The notes below the pieces were generated by a model that was given only the letters and a program-made list of their open reading frames with translations, was not told the origin of the DNA and ran no database searches. Position numbers and translations under genes: made by a program. Shown piece by piece: positions 48,261 through 59,236 of a stretch of 64,000 nt of DNA. This DNA comes from an uncultured Gammaproteobacteria bacterium (GTDB taxonomy: Bacteria; Patescibacteriota; Patescibacteriia; UBA11705). Positions within the stretch are counted from its first letter, which is position 1, and each line of letters opens with the position of its first letter. Where the stretch lies: positions 20,174 through 84,173 of the forward strand of contig CAZQEI010000003.1 of the NCBI GenBank assembly GCA_964592195.1. Direction: 5' to 3'.

Positions 48261-49835
48261 CTATTTCTTTGGCGTTGGTAGCTGTATTTGTTTAATGGAA
48301 ATTTTTCCTTTGATACAATCGAGATAAAAATATTTTCCTTTTGAATAAACCACCTTCCAATTTCCAACACTTGGCTGATCACTACGTTTACCATCTATCC
48401 ACAAAAAATTATCATCTACACAACTCCAAAAAACATGTTCCCCCGACGCACAGAACTTTGAGACTTCACCTTTTGGCATTTCAACTTTTACATTATCAAT
48501 ATATAAATAGTTGACCCGATCACTTTTCGGAGTACCCACATCTTCACTAACATAAAACAATGATCCTTTATGACCCAGAACTTCTATTGGTTTTTCTGTA
48601 GAGTAAACTCCGTTAAAATCACCAACAATACGAGTATCATCAACATTAAAACGAACCTCGGAAAAACCGTCACCACAGATGATGTAATCCAAAGTACCAC
48701 CCAAGTGATGTTGCGAAACCATAACCAATCTGCCATTGGATATACTTTTTTTTAATATCAGAGTATCCGGAGGATTCAGTCTTTCTATGTGATGACTACC
48801 TTTGACAAATTTATAAACATCTTGGTAAGCAACTCTACTGCTTTTCTTTCTACTATTTAAAATAAAATAAAGATTATCACCATTTGTAATTATTTCACCA
48901 ATGGTTAAGATATTTCCATCATGTCGATCATGTATCTGTGTCTCAATTAAATTATTCCCTCCAGTTAAATCATTAACAAACACATCATATAATTGTTTTG
49001 AAGGACTAAAAATTGACTGGAGACAACATAAATTCCCATCATAAGTAAAAGGCAAACTAAAATCATCCAATTTCGAATCAGATTCTATCTCGTTATTACC
49101 CAATACCAATTTTCGTCCTTTGTCTTTGCGATTATTACTGACATAAGCCAATCGCCCGTCAACCATTCCGACTTTTTCATATTGTTGTTGATTCTTAGTT
49201 AATAAACTTCCGTCTAAGTCAAGCACCATACCAACATCAATATCTCTATACTTGCCTAAAAAAGCTTTTAACTCATTATTTTCATCGGTCACTGGATTCA
49301 TCGTACCGCTCGGCGTATCGGATAAATTCTCATCCCCAATATGCTTCCCCTCCGCATCAACAATATCACCTCTTAATTGTTGACCTTTATCCAGATATTT
49401 AAAATAAAAGCAGGGACGACCGTTATATATAATCGGTTGACGTTCAACCACTCGTTGATTCCTATCACAAGGAAACTCATTTAAACGTTTTCCATCAATA
49501 TTAATTAACCCCGAAGATTTGCCATCTCTGGTAATCAAATCAAAAAACACTTCATCGTTAACCACAATAAGATCATCAGTCAAATTGGCTGTTTTGAATT
49601 CAGTGCCAGTCAAATCAATGGTGGCTTCATGAATAAATCTGGGCTCAGGAATTATCTCTTCCGTCATCCCTTCCACCTCCCTCAGCAACTCCGTGACAAA
49701 TCTCGGATTACGGGCGCTAAGTCCGGCGGCTTTTCTTTTAGCCACTAATTCGCGCAAACGTTCAGAACGTTCAGCGTAGTTTAATATTTGATCTTTATCT
49801 GTTGAATCCAATGTTAGGCTTAAATACTCACCCAT
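48261..49835 (-). CDS. Array B paralog (leader plus beta-rich repeat body)
   Basis: LTLD..DK.Q.LNYAERSERLRELV leader. Confidence 0.88.
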   Translation of the reverse strand: MGEYLSLTLDSTDKDQILNYAERSERLRELVAKRKAAGLSARNPRFVTELLREVEGMTEEIIPEPRFIHEATIDLTGTEFKTANLTDDLIVVNDEVFFDLITRDGKSSGLINIDGKRLNEFPCDRNQRVVERQPIIYNGRPCFYFKYLDKGQQLRGDIVDAEGKHIGDENLSDTPSGTMNPVTDENNELKAFLGKYRDIDVGMVLDLDGSLLTKNQQQYEKVGMVDGRLAYVSNNRKDKGRKLVLGNNEIESDSKLDDFSLPFTYDGNLCCLQSIFSPSKQLYDVFVNDLTGGNNLIETQIHDRHDGNILTIGEIITNGDNLYFILNSRKKSSRVAYQDVYKFVKGSHHIERLNPPDTLILKKSISNGRLVMVSQHHLGGTLDYIICGDGFSEVRFNVDDTRIVGDFNGVYSTEKPIEVLGHKGSLFYVSEDVGTPKSDRVNYLYIDNVKVEMPKGEVSKFCASGEHVFWSCVDDNFLWIDGKRSDQPSVGNWKVVYSKGKYFYLDCIKGKISIKQIQLPTPKK

Positions 49836-49837
49836 AT

Positions 49838-51412
49838 TTATATTAAATTTTTTATTTCTCTAATCGAAATCTTTTTGTCTTTGTGACTAATATGAAAATA
49901 TTTTTCTCGTGAATACACCACTTTCCAATCTGCCGGGTAACACGGGAAATCAGTTTTCTTGCCGTCAATCCAAAGGACTCTATTCTCTTTATCCGAGTCA
50001 TCGTCCCAGAAAAAATGTCCATTTACAACATTAAAATTATTAACAATACAGTTTGGAACTTCCACCTTTTCATTATCAATGTATAAATAATTCATACCTC
50101 CGTCCTCTCTTCTTATCATCTCCAAACTCATATAAAATAATGTACCAGTATGTCCCAAAATTTCCACCGGTTTTTCCGTAGAAAAACAGCCGGAGTGGGA
50201 TCCTAACAATTCATCCTGATTTATTTTTACGGGAAATTTGCCTTCCATTCCAATTACATAATCCCAACCTTCCATGGCCATGGATGGTTGTTCGCCGATA
50301 GTTGTAATTCTACCTCCGGATAAAAACATTTTTGCGATTGCATTTTGCTTTACAATTTCCTGCATTATACCATTTGAAAATTTTAGAACAGAATACGCGC
50401 CATCGTCGGTATTTTTATCACTAATATACGCCAAACAGTAAATATTCTCACCATTCACAATAACATTTTCAATTCTTGAAACTTGACCGCCATTGATCCG
50501 ATCTTTAACTTCTCCCACAGTCAGACATTTACTGGTAACCATATCCATCAAAGCAAACTGATGATTATCTGATGATCCATCATAGTGCGAATATATTGCG
50601 TAAACATTGTCACCAACAACAAAAGGCAAGCTGTAATTATCATCCTCATCTACATATTCAATTTTATGCGACCCCCAACAAACTCTTCGACCTCTGTCCT
50701 TTGCCACATACGCCAATTCATCTTTAACTACTGACGCTTTTTCAAAAAAGGCTTCCTTGGTTAAATTTTCACCCTTTAAATCCACAATTCTTTGTATCAT
50801 ACTTTCTCCATCTGACAACAGTCTAGTCTTCACAAAATAACGCAACTCGCCGTTTTCATCCAAGACAGCATCAAAACTATGACTACCTGATTCATCAATA
50901 ATTTTATTCCCACCCGCATGTTCACCGACCGATGTAACAAATTCACCAATTTCATCATCTTCTGTTATTTTATAAAGCAACTTAAAACATGGTTTACCTT
51001 GGTATAAGATGGGTTCATTTTGATTCAGATGAAAACTGGAAGTACAAGGCCTGGGGTTAACAAATTTTTTATCTAATGTCATCACGTCAACCGACTTGCC
51101 GTTTTTAGCATGAACTGTCACAAAAATTTCATCGTTTTGAAAGATTACATCTTGGCCAACCGAGGTTATATATGAATCAATTTCATTCAAATCAATCTCC
51201 GCTTCATGAATAAACATTGATTCATCCAATGTTTCAATCGCCATCCCTTCTACCTCACGCAACAAATCTGCTACATACCTCGGATCATGGGCGCTAAGAC
51301 CGGTGGCTTTTCTGCTTGCCACCAACTCACGCAAACGTTCTGAACGTGCGGCGTAGTTTAAAGTTTGGTCTTTATCTGATGGATCTATAGTTAGACTTAA
51401 ATGCTCTCCCAT
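49838..51412 (-). CDS. Array B paralog
   Basis: Same leader and C-terminal motifs. Confidence 0.88.
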   Translation of the reverse strand: MGEHLSLTIDPSDKDQTLNYAARSERLRELVASRKATGLSAHDPRYVADLLREVEGMAIETLDESMFIHEAEIDLNEIDSYITSVGQDVIFQNDEIFVTVHAKNGKSVDVMTLDKKFVNPRPCTSSFHLNQNEPILYQGKPCFKLLYKITEDDEIGEFVTSVGEHAGGNKIIDESGSHSFDAVLDENGELRYFVKTRLLSDGESMIQRIVDLKGENLTKEAFFEKASVVKDELAYVAKDRGRRVCWGSHKIEYVDEDDNYSLPFVVGDNVYAIYSHYDGSSDNHQFALMDMVTSKCLTVGEVKDRINGGQVSRIENVIVNGENIYCLAYISDKNTDDGAYSVLKFSNGIMQEIVKQNAIAKMFLSGGRITTIGEQPSMAMEGWDYVIGMEGKFPVKINQDELLGSHSGCFSTEKPVEILGHTGTLFYMSLEMIRREDGGMNYLYIDNEKVEVPNCIVNNFNVVNGHFFWDDDSDKENRVLWIDGKKTDFPCYPADWKVVYSREKYFHISHKDKKISIREIKNLI

Positions 51413-51414
51413 AG

Positions 51415-52974
51415 TTATATTAAATTTTTTATTTCTCTAATCGAAATCTTTTTATCTTGATTATTAATGAGAAAATATTTGCCGCGAGAATATACCACCT
51501 TCCAACTTCCAAATTGACACGGTAAATTAGTTTTCTTGCCATCAATCCACAAAGTTCTATTGCCATCATTATCAAGATTATCCCAAAATAAATGATTCCG
51601 CACAACCCTAAATGCCCGGACTTCACAATCAATCATTTCAATCTTATTGTTATCCACATATAAATAATTCACAGAATCACCTTCAACGTTAGTTTCTTCT
51701 GTCATATAGAATAAAGTCCCAGTCTGACCGAATATTTCAATCGGTTGGTCTGTAACAAAAATACCATCTTTCCCATTTAAAATATCTTTATCCTGATTTA
51801 AAGACGCAGTTTCTCCATCTTCTAATTCAATGATTATCATATCGTCTTCATCAATGTGTTGTTCTCGGACTGTTACCAATTTACTTCCAGTTAATGCAAT
51901 TTTTTGTAAAACCCCACCTCCGGTAATTATTTCCATCTTCCCATTCCCAATTTTACAAACAACACAATCAGTTTCACCAAGATTATCGCTATTTAGAACA
52001 CAATAAACTGCGTTACCACAGATTAATACATTTTCAATGGAAATATCATCATCTTCATTCGTACCAGGCAAAATTTCACTACCCGTAGTTTGACCTGTTA
52101 CAATGTCTTTAACACACAAGACATAATGTTCATTTCTTGGATCAAACATTGATTGAATTACGCATATTTGCCCATTAAAATCAAAAGGCAAACTAAAATC
52201 ATCTTTTTCGTGCTGTGATTGAATTTCATTTTTACCCCAAATTATCCGCTTGCGTGATTTATTTGGTAATTTCAATTCATATGCTAACTCGCCTCGAACA
52301 TAGGCAACCCTAGAATATGGAACTATCCCCTCTGGTGAAATTTTGTTTCCATTTAAATCTAAAATCTCTTTCATATCATGTAAACCACCAGCGTTCCGAA
52401 CTCGCATAAAGGCCTTCAATTCCATATTCTCATCCACCACTTCAGTCAACTGGTCTGAGGATGCGAAGACTCCCTGATTAATCGATTTTCCTTGCGAATT
52501 TACAAATTCAATTACTGAATGATCAGACATATCACGATGTTTCATTCTGAAAAATGGAGTTTTATTTACGTAACCACAAAATTCGATTGAGCCCGATATA
52601 CATGGGACATTATTAAGATGAATTCCCTCAATATTTAACAAATGCTCAAACTGGGGGGTGCCGTATTTTTTTACTTTAAAAAATACTTCATCACCAGCTA
52701 CAATCACATCGTTGGAAACACTTGACAATTGAAGATCATTTTCACTCAAATCAATCACCGCTTCATGAATAAACATTGATTCATCCACCGATTCAATCGC
52801 CATCCCTTCTACCTCACGCAACAAATCCGCCACAAATCGCGGATCGCGGGCGCTAAGACCGGCGGCTTTTCTGCTTGCCACTAACTCACGCAAACGTTCT
52901 GAACGTACGGCGTAGTTTAAAGTTTGATCTTTGTCCTTCGGGTCAAGGGTTAATTTTTGTTCGCCAATAGGCAT
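51415..52974 (-). CDS. Array B paralog
   Basis: Same leader and C-terminal motifs. Confidence 0.88.
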   Translation of the reverse strand: MPIGEQKLTLDPKDKDQTLNYAVRSERLRELVASRKAAGLSARDPRFVADLLREVEGMAIESVDESMFIHEAVIDLSENDLQLSSVSNDVIVAGDEVFFKVKKYGTPQFEHLLNIEGIHLNNVPCISGSIEFCGYVNKTPFFRMKHRDMSDHSVIEFVNSQGKSINQGVFASSDQLTEVVDENMELKAFMRVRNAGGLHDMKEILDLNGNKISPEGIVPYSRVAYVRGELAYELKLPNKSRKRIIWGKNEIQSQHEKDDFSLPFDFNGQICVIQSMFDPRNEHYVLCVKDIVTGQTTGSEILPGTNEDDDISIENVLICGNAVYCVLNSDNLGETDCVVCKIGNGKMEIITGGGVLQKIALTGSKLVTVREQHIDEDDMIIIELEDGETASLNQDKDILNGKDGIFVTDQPIEIFGQTGTLFYMTEETNVEGDSVNYLYVDNNKIEMIDCEVRAFRVVRNHLFWDNLDNDGNRTLWIDGKKTNLPCQFGSWKVVYSRGKYFLINNQDKKISIREIKNLI

Positions 52975-52976
52975 AC

Positions 52977-54530
52977 TTATATTTTGATTTCACGCACAAT
53001 TAATTTTTGATCTTTCAATCCTAGCATAAAACATTTACCGCCATGAGATACGACTTTCAAAATTTTTTCCGCTGAATATTGCGTTTGTTTACCATCCACC
53101 CAGAGATACGAATCCCCGTCAACAATAGTTCTCGGTCCTGTTGTTCTGGTTTTAGTATATGACCAAAAAACGTGATCTTCAATAACATCAAAATTATCAT
53201 AATTCCCCACAGGTAAATCACTCGATTGATTATCTATCCATAATTTCGGACATTCGCTACCATGGGCATTACTGAGAAAGAATATTTCTCCGGTTTTACC
53301 TTCAATGGTAATAGGTTTATTGGTGTTTTTAATATAACCAGAATCTCCACCACCACCACGGATATGAGTCGTCGCATTTTGTGTTACACCTTCAATATAC
53401 ACTTCAGATTCTTTTTGATTTTCAACATGACTTAAAACCACTAACCGATTATTAAGCAAAAAGAAATCCTCAATTTCTGCGTCTTTAGAACATGGAACAT
53501 CGACTGGTGTAATCTGTTGCCCATCAAATTTAAATAATTTCACAATCCAATCACTATCTTTGTTCACCGAAGCCGTGAAGTATACCGCCTTTTCACCGGC
53601 AATAACTTTCACTATTCGAAAAACATTCCCATCCTCAACATTAATACCGATACCAATATCTCTATCTTGCTGGTCTATAGCCCAAATATAACTTGAGTAC
53701 ATTACCGCATTTGGATCAGAATCATCATTGTCATTATTAGCTTCAATAAATAAAATCTGGTTATTAAAACGAAATGGCATACTGACATTACCTTCCTTTG
53801 TTATATGATTGCCCTTTCTATCCACAAAACCAGAAACACTTTCTCCAGCCCACCTATCACCCCGGTAATACAAAACACCAGATTCATATGAACAATTACA
53901 ATCTTCTAGAAAATCACTTTCAAACCTCCCTGCCATATCCAGCAACCGATAGTTACCACTAACACTTTCATCCTGATCTGGAAAATATTGTCTCACATAA
54001 CCAATCTCGCCAGACTCATCAACTATTACGTTGGGATTATTTTCAAATTTACGAATATCCAAGGAAATTTGTTCTCCTTTTTTATTTAAAAACTTCAATG
54101 CGCCACTGTCCGCATCAGTCAAAGGGAAAATCAATTCGCCTTTATATAAAAAGGTTGAAATAAAAGAACGCGCCGCTGGAAAATCATTTATTGGTTTTCC
54201 TTCAATATCTAAAATTGATTCCTTTTGGTCCTCATTTTTCACCCGCAAAAACAGCTCTCCCTGATTAAAAATTATACACTCGCCGGCTGGACTAAAACCA
54301 TCCAACGGAATATCGACTGAATGAATATATTTTTTATCAAACACCAGCCCATCAGCCATCCCATTCACCTCCCTCAACAAATCCACCACATACCTAGGAT
54401 CATGAGCACTAAGACCAGCGGCTTTATTCCGCGCCACCAATTCGCGCAAACGTTCTGAACGTTCAGCGAAGTTTAAAGTTTGATCTTTGTCATTTGGATC
54501 GAGGGTTAATTTTCGTTCACCAATGGGCAT
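52977..54530 (-). CDS. Array B paralog
   Basis: Same leader and C-terminal motifs. Confidence 0.88.
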   Translation of the reverse strand: MPIGERKLTLDPNDKDQTLNFAERSERLRELVARNKAAGLSAHDPRYVVDLLREVNGMADGLVFDKKYIHSVDIPLDGFSPAGECIIFNQGELFLRVKNEDQKESILDIEGKPINDFPAARSFISTFLYKGELIFPLTDADSGALKFLNKKGEQISLDIRKFENNPNVIVDESGEIGYVRQYFPDQDESVSGNYRLLDMAGRFESDFLEDCNCSYESGVLYYRGDRWAGESVSGFVDRKGNHITKEGNVSMPFRFNNQILFIEANNDNDDSDPNAVMYSSYIWAIDQQDRDIGIGINVEDGNVFRIVKVIAGEKAVYFTASVNKDSDWIVKLFKFDGQQITPVDVPCSKDAEIEDFFLLNNRLVVLSHVENQKESEVYIEGVTQNATTHIRGGGGDSGYIKNTNKPITIEGKTGEIFFLSNAHGSECPKLWIDNQSSDLPVGNYDNFDVIEDHVFWSYTKTRTTGPRTIVDGDSYLWVDGKQTQYSAEKILKVVSHGGKCFMLGLKDQKLIVREIKI

Positions 54531-54532
54531 AA

Positions 54533-56098
54533 TTATATTTTAATTTCACGAACAATTATTTTTGCATACCCTTTATTTTTTTCTTTACCAATAAAATAGT
54601 ATTTATCATTTACAAAAACCACTTTCAAAATATCATTCGACTGATATTGCGTCGGCTGACCATCGATCCATAGAGACGACACCCTATGTTTCCCGGGATT
54701 TAATTTTTTATTTTCAGCTTTGGGAATTTTATGCGCCCAAAACATATGGTCATTGACACTAGCCGAATAAGTAATTTCACCTGCTGGAAAATCTTGCGGC
54801 TCACCATCGACCCACAAAGTTATTTTTTCTCCATCAACGGTCAAAAAAAACACTTTACCGGTATGCCCCATCACAGTTCTTTCATCTTCAAAAGCAAATA
54901 TTTCTCCACATGGTTTATCTGTGGGACTGCCGAGTTTAACTTTTCCTAAATTGTGTAAATAGTAAAAAAATCCTTTACCAGGAAGATACCCGGTATAGAC
55001 CACTTGCCCATTAACCATCCTAAAATCCACAAAATCACTATTCCTGGGAATTTTACGATTTTTTTCATTTAGAATTTCAATATGTGTACCGTCAAAATGA
55101 AACAATAAAACACCATTTTGTGAACTATTTCTCCAACCTTTAGTTTTAATAGTAAAACACACATCCTTGCCATTCACAATAACATTTGAAGGCACAGCGA
55201 CTTCTGAAACATGAAAATTAAAATACGTAAAATTTATATTTCCAAAATTTTCGATCGATACCTTTGAATTTTCAACTTGAATACAAAAATGTTCACCTGA
55301 CTTTCCATACTTAAATGGAATACTTACATTTTCACCTCGTACGTTTTGTTTTTCCCCTCTACCAAGTACATTATAACCAGCCTCATCCTTACCTTTTTTG
55401 TACTGTCCACTCCAAGTCAAAGTATTATCCTTTTCCATTACAAAAGTATAATCAGTCAACCACTCTGTTATAGGCTCCTTGTTCAAATTTATTGCACGGG
55501 CTGTCAACTGCGCATCACCATTGACTGTTTGTTCCAATAAAGCACATAGATTGCCATCATCATCAGTCATTAATTCATATCTTTTATAATCAGAAGCTTC
55601 ACCTTTAAACAATATTTCCTCACCATTCAAATTTACAAATCTAGATGGATTCTCATCTGAAGCGTGAAAAACATCAAACTTTACTCCAAGCTGACCATTC
55701 AATTTAAACGTTTCTATAGGGAAATCGGGCAAAGGTTCTTTATTTATCATCTCGCCTGACAAGCGGCAAACATCCATGCCTTGTTTATCTTGTCTTGGAA
55801 GAGTGAACAAAACTTGATCACCAATCAAATGCACATCGCTTGATTTTACTTTGTTTAATTTATATCCAGGTAATTCCAAATCTTTTTCACAAAGTTCATT
55901 TTTATCCGGCGCCAATTCGACCGCCATGCCTTCAACTTCTTTTAACAAATCCACCACATATCTCGGATCATGGGCGCTAAGTCCGGCGGCTTTTCTTTTG
56001 GCCACCAATTCGCGCAAACGTTCTGAACGCTCGGCGTAATTTAAAGCTTTATCTTTGTCGTTCGGGTCAAGGGTTAATTTTTGTTCATTGAAAGGCAT
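54533..56098 (-). CDS. Array B paralog
   Basis: Same leader and C-terminal motifs. Confidence 0.88.
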   Translation of the reverse strand: MPFNEQKLTLDPNDKDKALNYAERSERLRELVAKRKAAGLSAHDPRYVVDLLKEVEGMAVELAPDKNELCEKDLELPGYKLNKVKSSDVHLIGDQVLFTLPRQDKQGMDVCRLSGEMINKEPLPDFPIETFKLNGQLGVKFDVFHASDENPSRFVNLNGEEILFKGEASDYKRYELMTDDDGNLCALLEQTVNGDAQLTARAINLNKEPITEWLTDYTFVMEKDNTLTWSGQYKKGKDEAGYNVLGRGEKQNVRGENVSIPFKYGKSGEHFCIQVENSKVSIENFGNINFTYFNFHVSEVAVPSNVIVNGKDVCFTIKTKGWRNSSQNGVLLFHFDGTHIEILNEKNRKIPRNSDFVDFRMVNGQVVYTGYLPGKGFFYYLHNLGKVKLGSPTDKPCGEIFAFEDERTVMGHTGKVFFLTVDGEKITLWVDGEPQDFPAGEITYSASVNDHMFWAHKIPKAENKKLNPGKHRVSSLWIDGQPTQYQSNDILKVVFVNDKYYFIGKEKNKGYAKIIVREIKI

Positions 56099-56101
56099 AA
56101 A

Positions 56102-57661
56102 TTAAACTACTATTTCTTTTATCACTAATTTCGTACCCACCAAACCAATCATGAAATATTTATTTTCCGTATAAATAAACTTTAAAATTTTATCAGCACA
56201 ATACTTGGTTTTCTGACCATCGAGCCAAACATACTCTGTTTTATCTTGTACTTTCTTTTTATCAGGCTCTTTCTCAATAAATTCCCGAAAGCCCCAGAAT
56301 AAATGATCCTTGAGGACTATTTTGTTAGAGAAGACACCGAAAGGCAACACCACAGATTGATTTTCTATCCAAAATTGATAATCACCTTCATCTTTATGAC
56401 TACCAAAGAAAAATACTTCACCGGTTTTGCCCAAAACATTCACCGGTTTAGAAGTTTTCAAAATATTCTCTTCACTTTGATCCAGATCAAGCCCGGCTTT
56501 AAAGACTTCAAAAGGTTCAGGCAAACCATCTATATGAATATATTCTTTGTCAGTATCAATTGAAAGGTAATGAACCATCAAACGATTATTCACCATGGTA
56601 AACCCATTCATCACGCAGTTTTCCGGTCCAGTCACTTCCTTAATAGTTTGTCCATCAAATTTAAATAACTTCTCTCCTTGCTCCAATGAATCAGGCATAT
56701 GAATAGTGGCGGTAAAATATCCGACATCATTTCCTGCAACCACTTTTTTTATATTAATAACATTTGATCGCTCTAATCCCAACCATGGTGTGCCAATTTC
56801 TTTACCGGCATCATTGACTAAAGATAATTTCGCCACTTTGGCTTTTGATTTCTTTCGGTATTTTTCTTTCGCTTCTATAAAACAAAACTTACCATTATAT
56901 TTAAATGGTAGACTAACCATCCCCTCCATAAACGCCCTCTCTCCATCATGAGAAATATAGCCGCAAATATTATCTCGATTATATTCTCCTTGATAAGTAA
57001 TATAGCCTGGCTCCACTTGATACTGGAACTGCTCTATAAAAGCCGTCAATTCTTCATTATTCAAATCATTTATAGTACTAAAACTAAAACCATCTTCATC
57101 ATCTACATGATCGACGACAAAATAACGTAAGTCACCATTTTCATCTGCCAACGGATCAATAATTTGCGACCTTGAGAATTTATCGAACTCAATCTGTTTG
57201 CCTTGTGAATTTATATACTTAACGTCACCATCGTTTCGGCTACGAACTTTAAAACATGTTTGTCCCCCCCAACGAAAGGGTTTGGCAGAAACATCTGAAC
57301 ATTGAAACTTTACAATGCCCTCATTATCAATATTAACAATATCCTCTGATCCAATATTATGTCTAACTTTAATAAATAATTCTCCATTTAATAACCCGAT
57401 ATCCTCCCCCAAGATTCTTTGAGCAGTAAAATCGTTAATCTCAATTTCTGTTTCAAAAACTTTTGGTTCTTTGGGCTCCAAATCTTTATTCAACCCTTCC
57501 ACTTCCCGCAACAAATCTGCCACATAATTTGGATCACGAGCGCTAAGACCAGCGGCTTTTCTTTTGGCCACCAATTCACGCAAACGTTCTGAACGTTCAG
57601 CGTAATTTAATCCTTGCTCTTTATCTGCCGGATCAAGAGTTAATTGTATTTTTTCACCCAT
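56102..57661 (-). CDS. Array B paralog
   Basis: Same leader; the MGEK start at 57661 matches its paralogs. Confidence 0.88.
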   Translation of the reverse strand: MGEKIQLTLDPADKEQGLNYAERSERLRELVAKRKAAGLSARDPNYVADLLREVEGLNKDLEPKEPKVFETEIEINDFTAQRILGEDIGLLNGELFIKVRHNIGSEDIVNIDNEGIVKFQCSDVSAKPFRWGGQTCFKVRSRNDGDVKYINSQGKQIEFDKFSRSQIIDPLADENGDLRYFVVDHVDDEDGFSFSTINDLNNEELTAFIEQFQYQVEPGYITYQGEYNRDNICGYISHDGERAFMEGMVSLPFKYNGKFCFIEAKEKYRKKSKAKVAKLSLVNDAGKEIGTPWLGLERSNVINIKKVVAGNDVGYFTATIHMPDSLEQGEKLFKFDGQTIKEVTGPENCVMNGFTMVNNRLMVHYLSIDTDKEYIHIDGLPEPFEVFKAGLDLDQSEENILKTSKPVNVLGKTGEVFFFGSHKDEGDYQFWIENQSVVLPFGVFSNKIVLKDHLFWGFREFIEKEPDKKKVQDKTEYVWLDGQKTKYCADKILKFIYTENKYFMIGLVGTKLVIKEIVV

Positions 57662-57662
57662 A

Positions 57663-59234
57663 TTAAACATCCAATGCTTTGACTATTAATTTATTATAAA
57701 GCACCGCCACCACAAAATATTTATTATTTGAATAAACCACTTTTAATATTTTATCATATTTTCCTTTCATTTGCTTGCCATCCATATACAATTTTTCACC
57801 GCCAAAATCCAACTGGTCATTCCAAAACAGATGATCATTTACCACGCAAAACATATTGCAAGTCAAAGCGCTATCTTTCTCCAGATCAATCGGAGAGTTA
57901 TCAACAAACAGTGTTTCTCTATTTTCCAGATTCCTCGCCATATAGAAAATTGATCCTTGCTGGCCAAAAATTTCAATTGGTTTGCTGGTAGTATAGATTT
58001 GATGAAACTCAACCATGCCAACTGGAGCATGTTCGCCAACAATGGCGTTCACTGTTTGTTCGCCCAGGCCATCAATTACAATTTTTCGTTTCCTTTTACC
58101 ATCCACATGAACATACGCAACCACCGATAACCGACCTCCGATTTCATGCAAATTCATTGAACGTGCTTCTGTTATTCGAGTAGGTTCAAATTTACCAAAT
58201 TTAAACATGTAAGCATTCGGATACCCAGGATCACCCAACGAATCCCTACACACCACTTTCACTAAACACTTATCTCCCGAGGCGACCACCTGACTGATAG
58301 AACTGATCTCATCATGTAAAGGCTGAGCCAGAGTAACAGCTTCTTTGGTTTGAATATCTCTTATAACTATTTGGTCTGCCCCATCAATACTCTTGTGGCA
58401 ACAAACGCAAACCTTACCATTAAACAGAAAAGGTGCGCTTAACTTCTGTTCATTATGTGTTTCTATTCTATCATCACCCCAAACAGCTGATTGACCATCA
58501 GTAAAATTTAAACCATTATTCGCCAAATATGCCCACTTTCCTTCTAACACAACGGAATTACGAAGTTCTATTTCTTCGTTCGTCACAGCCTCACCATTCA
58601 AGTTGAAAATTTGTCCGGATTGATTACCAATCTCATTAATCGTTTTTACTTTATTAAAACCTAAAATATCTTTGTCATTTTCCAGCACCTCCTCGATAAA
58701 GTCACCGGCGCCGGCCTTTAAATTTTCATCTCCGATAAATTCTCCATGATGGTTGATAAAAGCATCAATCATTTCACCTTCTGAATCATAATAACGCAAT
58801 TTGAAACATATTTTCCCCTGATAAAAAATCGGTTTATCTATACCAGTAATACCGTAATTTTTTAATGCGGGATGGGGGTTTATTGGTTTGCCGTCAATAT
58901 TTAATAAATGAGCAGATTCGCCATCTTTAGATTGGACACGAACAAACAGTTCGTCTTGTTGACAAAATACGCTGTTAATATTTAGTTCCGCTTGATTGTA
59001 TTCGCTTAAATCAAAACTCGTTTCATGCACCAGCTCCAATAGGTTAATCGAAGAAATATTCATAGCCGCCACTTCTCGTAATAAAGAAGCAACGTAAGCC
59101 GGATCCTTTGCATCCAAGCCAGAAGCCTTTCTTTCTTTTACCAACTCACGCAAACGTTCAGAACGATCAGCATAATTCAAAGACTGTTCTTTATTGTTTG
59201 GATCGAGGGTTAATTTTCGTTCTGTAAAAGGCAT
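57663..59234 (-). CDS. Array B paralog
   Basis: Same leader and C-terminal motifs. Confidence 0.88.
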   Translation of the reverse strand: MPFTERKLTLDPNNKEQSLNYADRSERLRELVKERKASGLDAKDPAYVASLLREVAAMNISSINLLELVHETSFDLSEYNQAELNINSVFCQQDELFVRVQSKDGESAHLLNIDGKPINPHPALKNYGITGIDKPIFYQGKICFKLRYYDSEGEMIDAFINHHGEFIGDENLKAGAGDFIEEVLENDKDILGFNKVKTINEIGNQSGQIFNLNGEAVTNEEIELRNSVVLEGKWAYLANNGLNFTDGQSAVWGDDRIETHNEQKLSAPFLFNGKVCVCCHKSIDGADQIVIRDIQTKEAVTLAQPLHDEISSISQVVASGDKCLVKVVCRDSLGDPGYPNAYMFKFGKFEPTRITEARSMNLHEIGGRLSVVAYVHVDGKRKRKIVIDGLGEQTVNAIVGEHAPVGMVEFHQIYTTSKPIEIFGQQGSIFYMARNLENRETLFVDNSPIDLEKDSALTCNMFCVVNDHLFWNDQLDFGGEKLYMDGKQMKGKYDKILKVVYSNNKYFVVAVLYNKLIVKALDV

Positions 59235-59236
59235 AG

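Noticed and set aside
49757-59167. Palindrome AACGTTCWGAACGTT in array B leaders as a recombinase site
   Set aside because: Explained by the codons for ERSER; arms are imperfect in several copies; no recombinase seen
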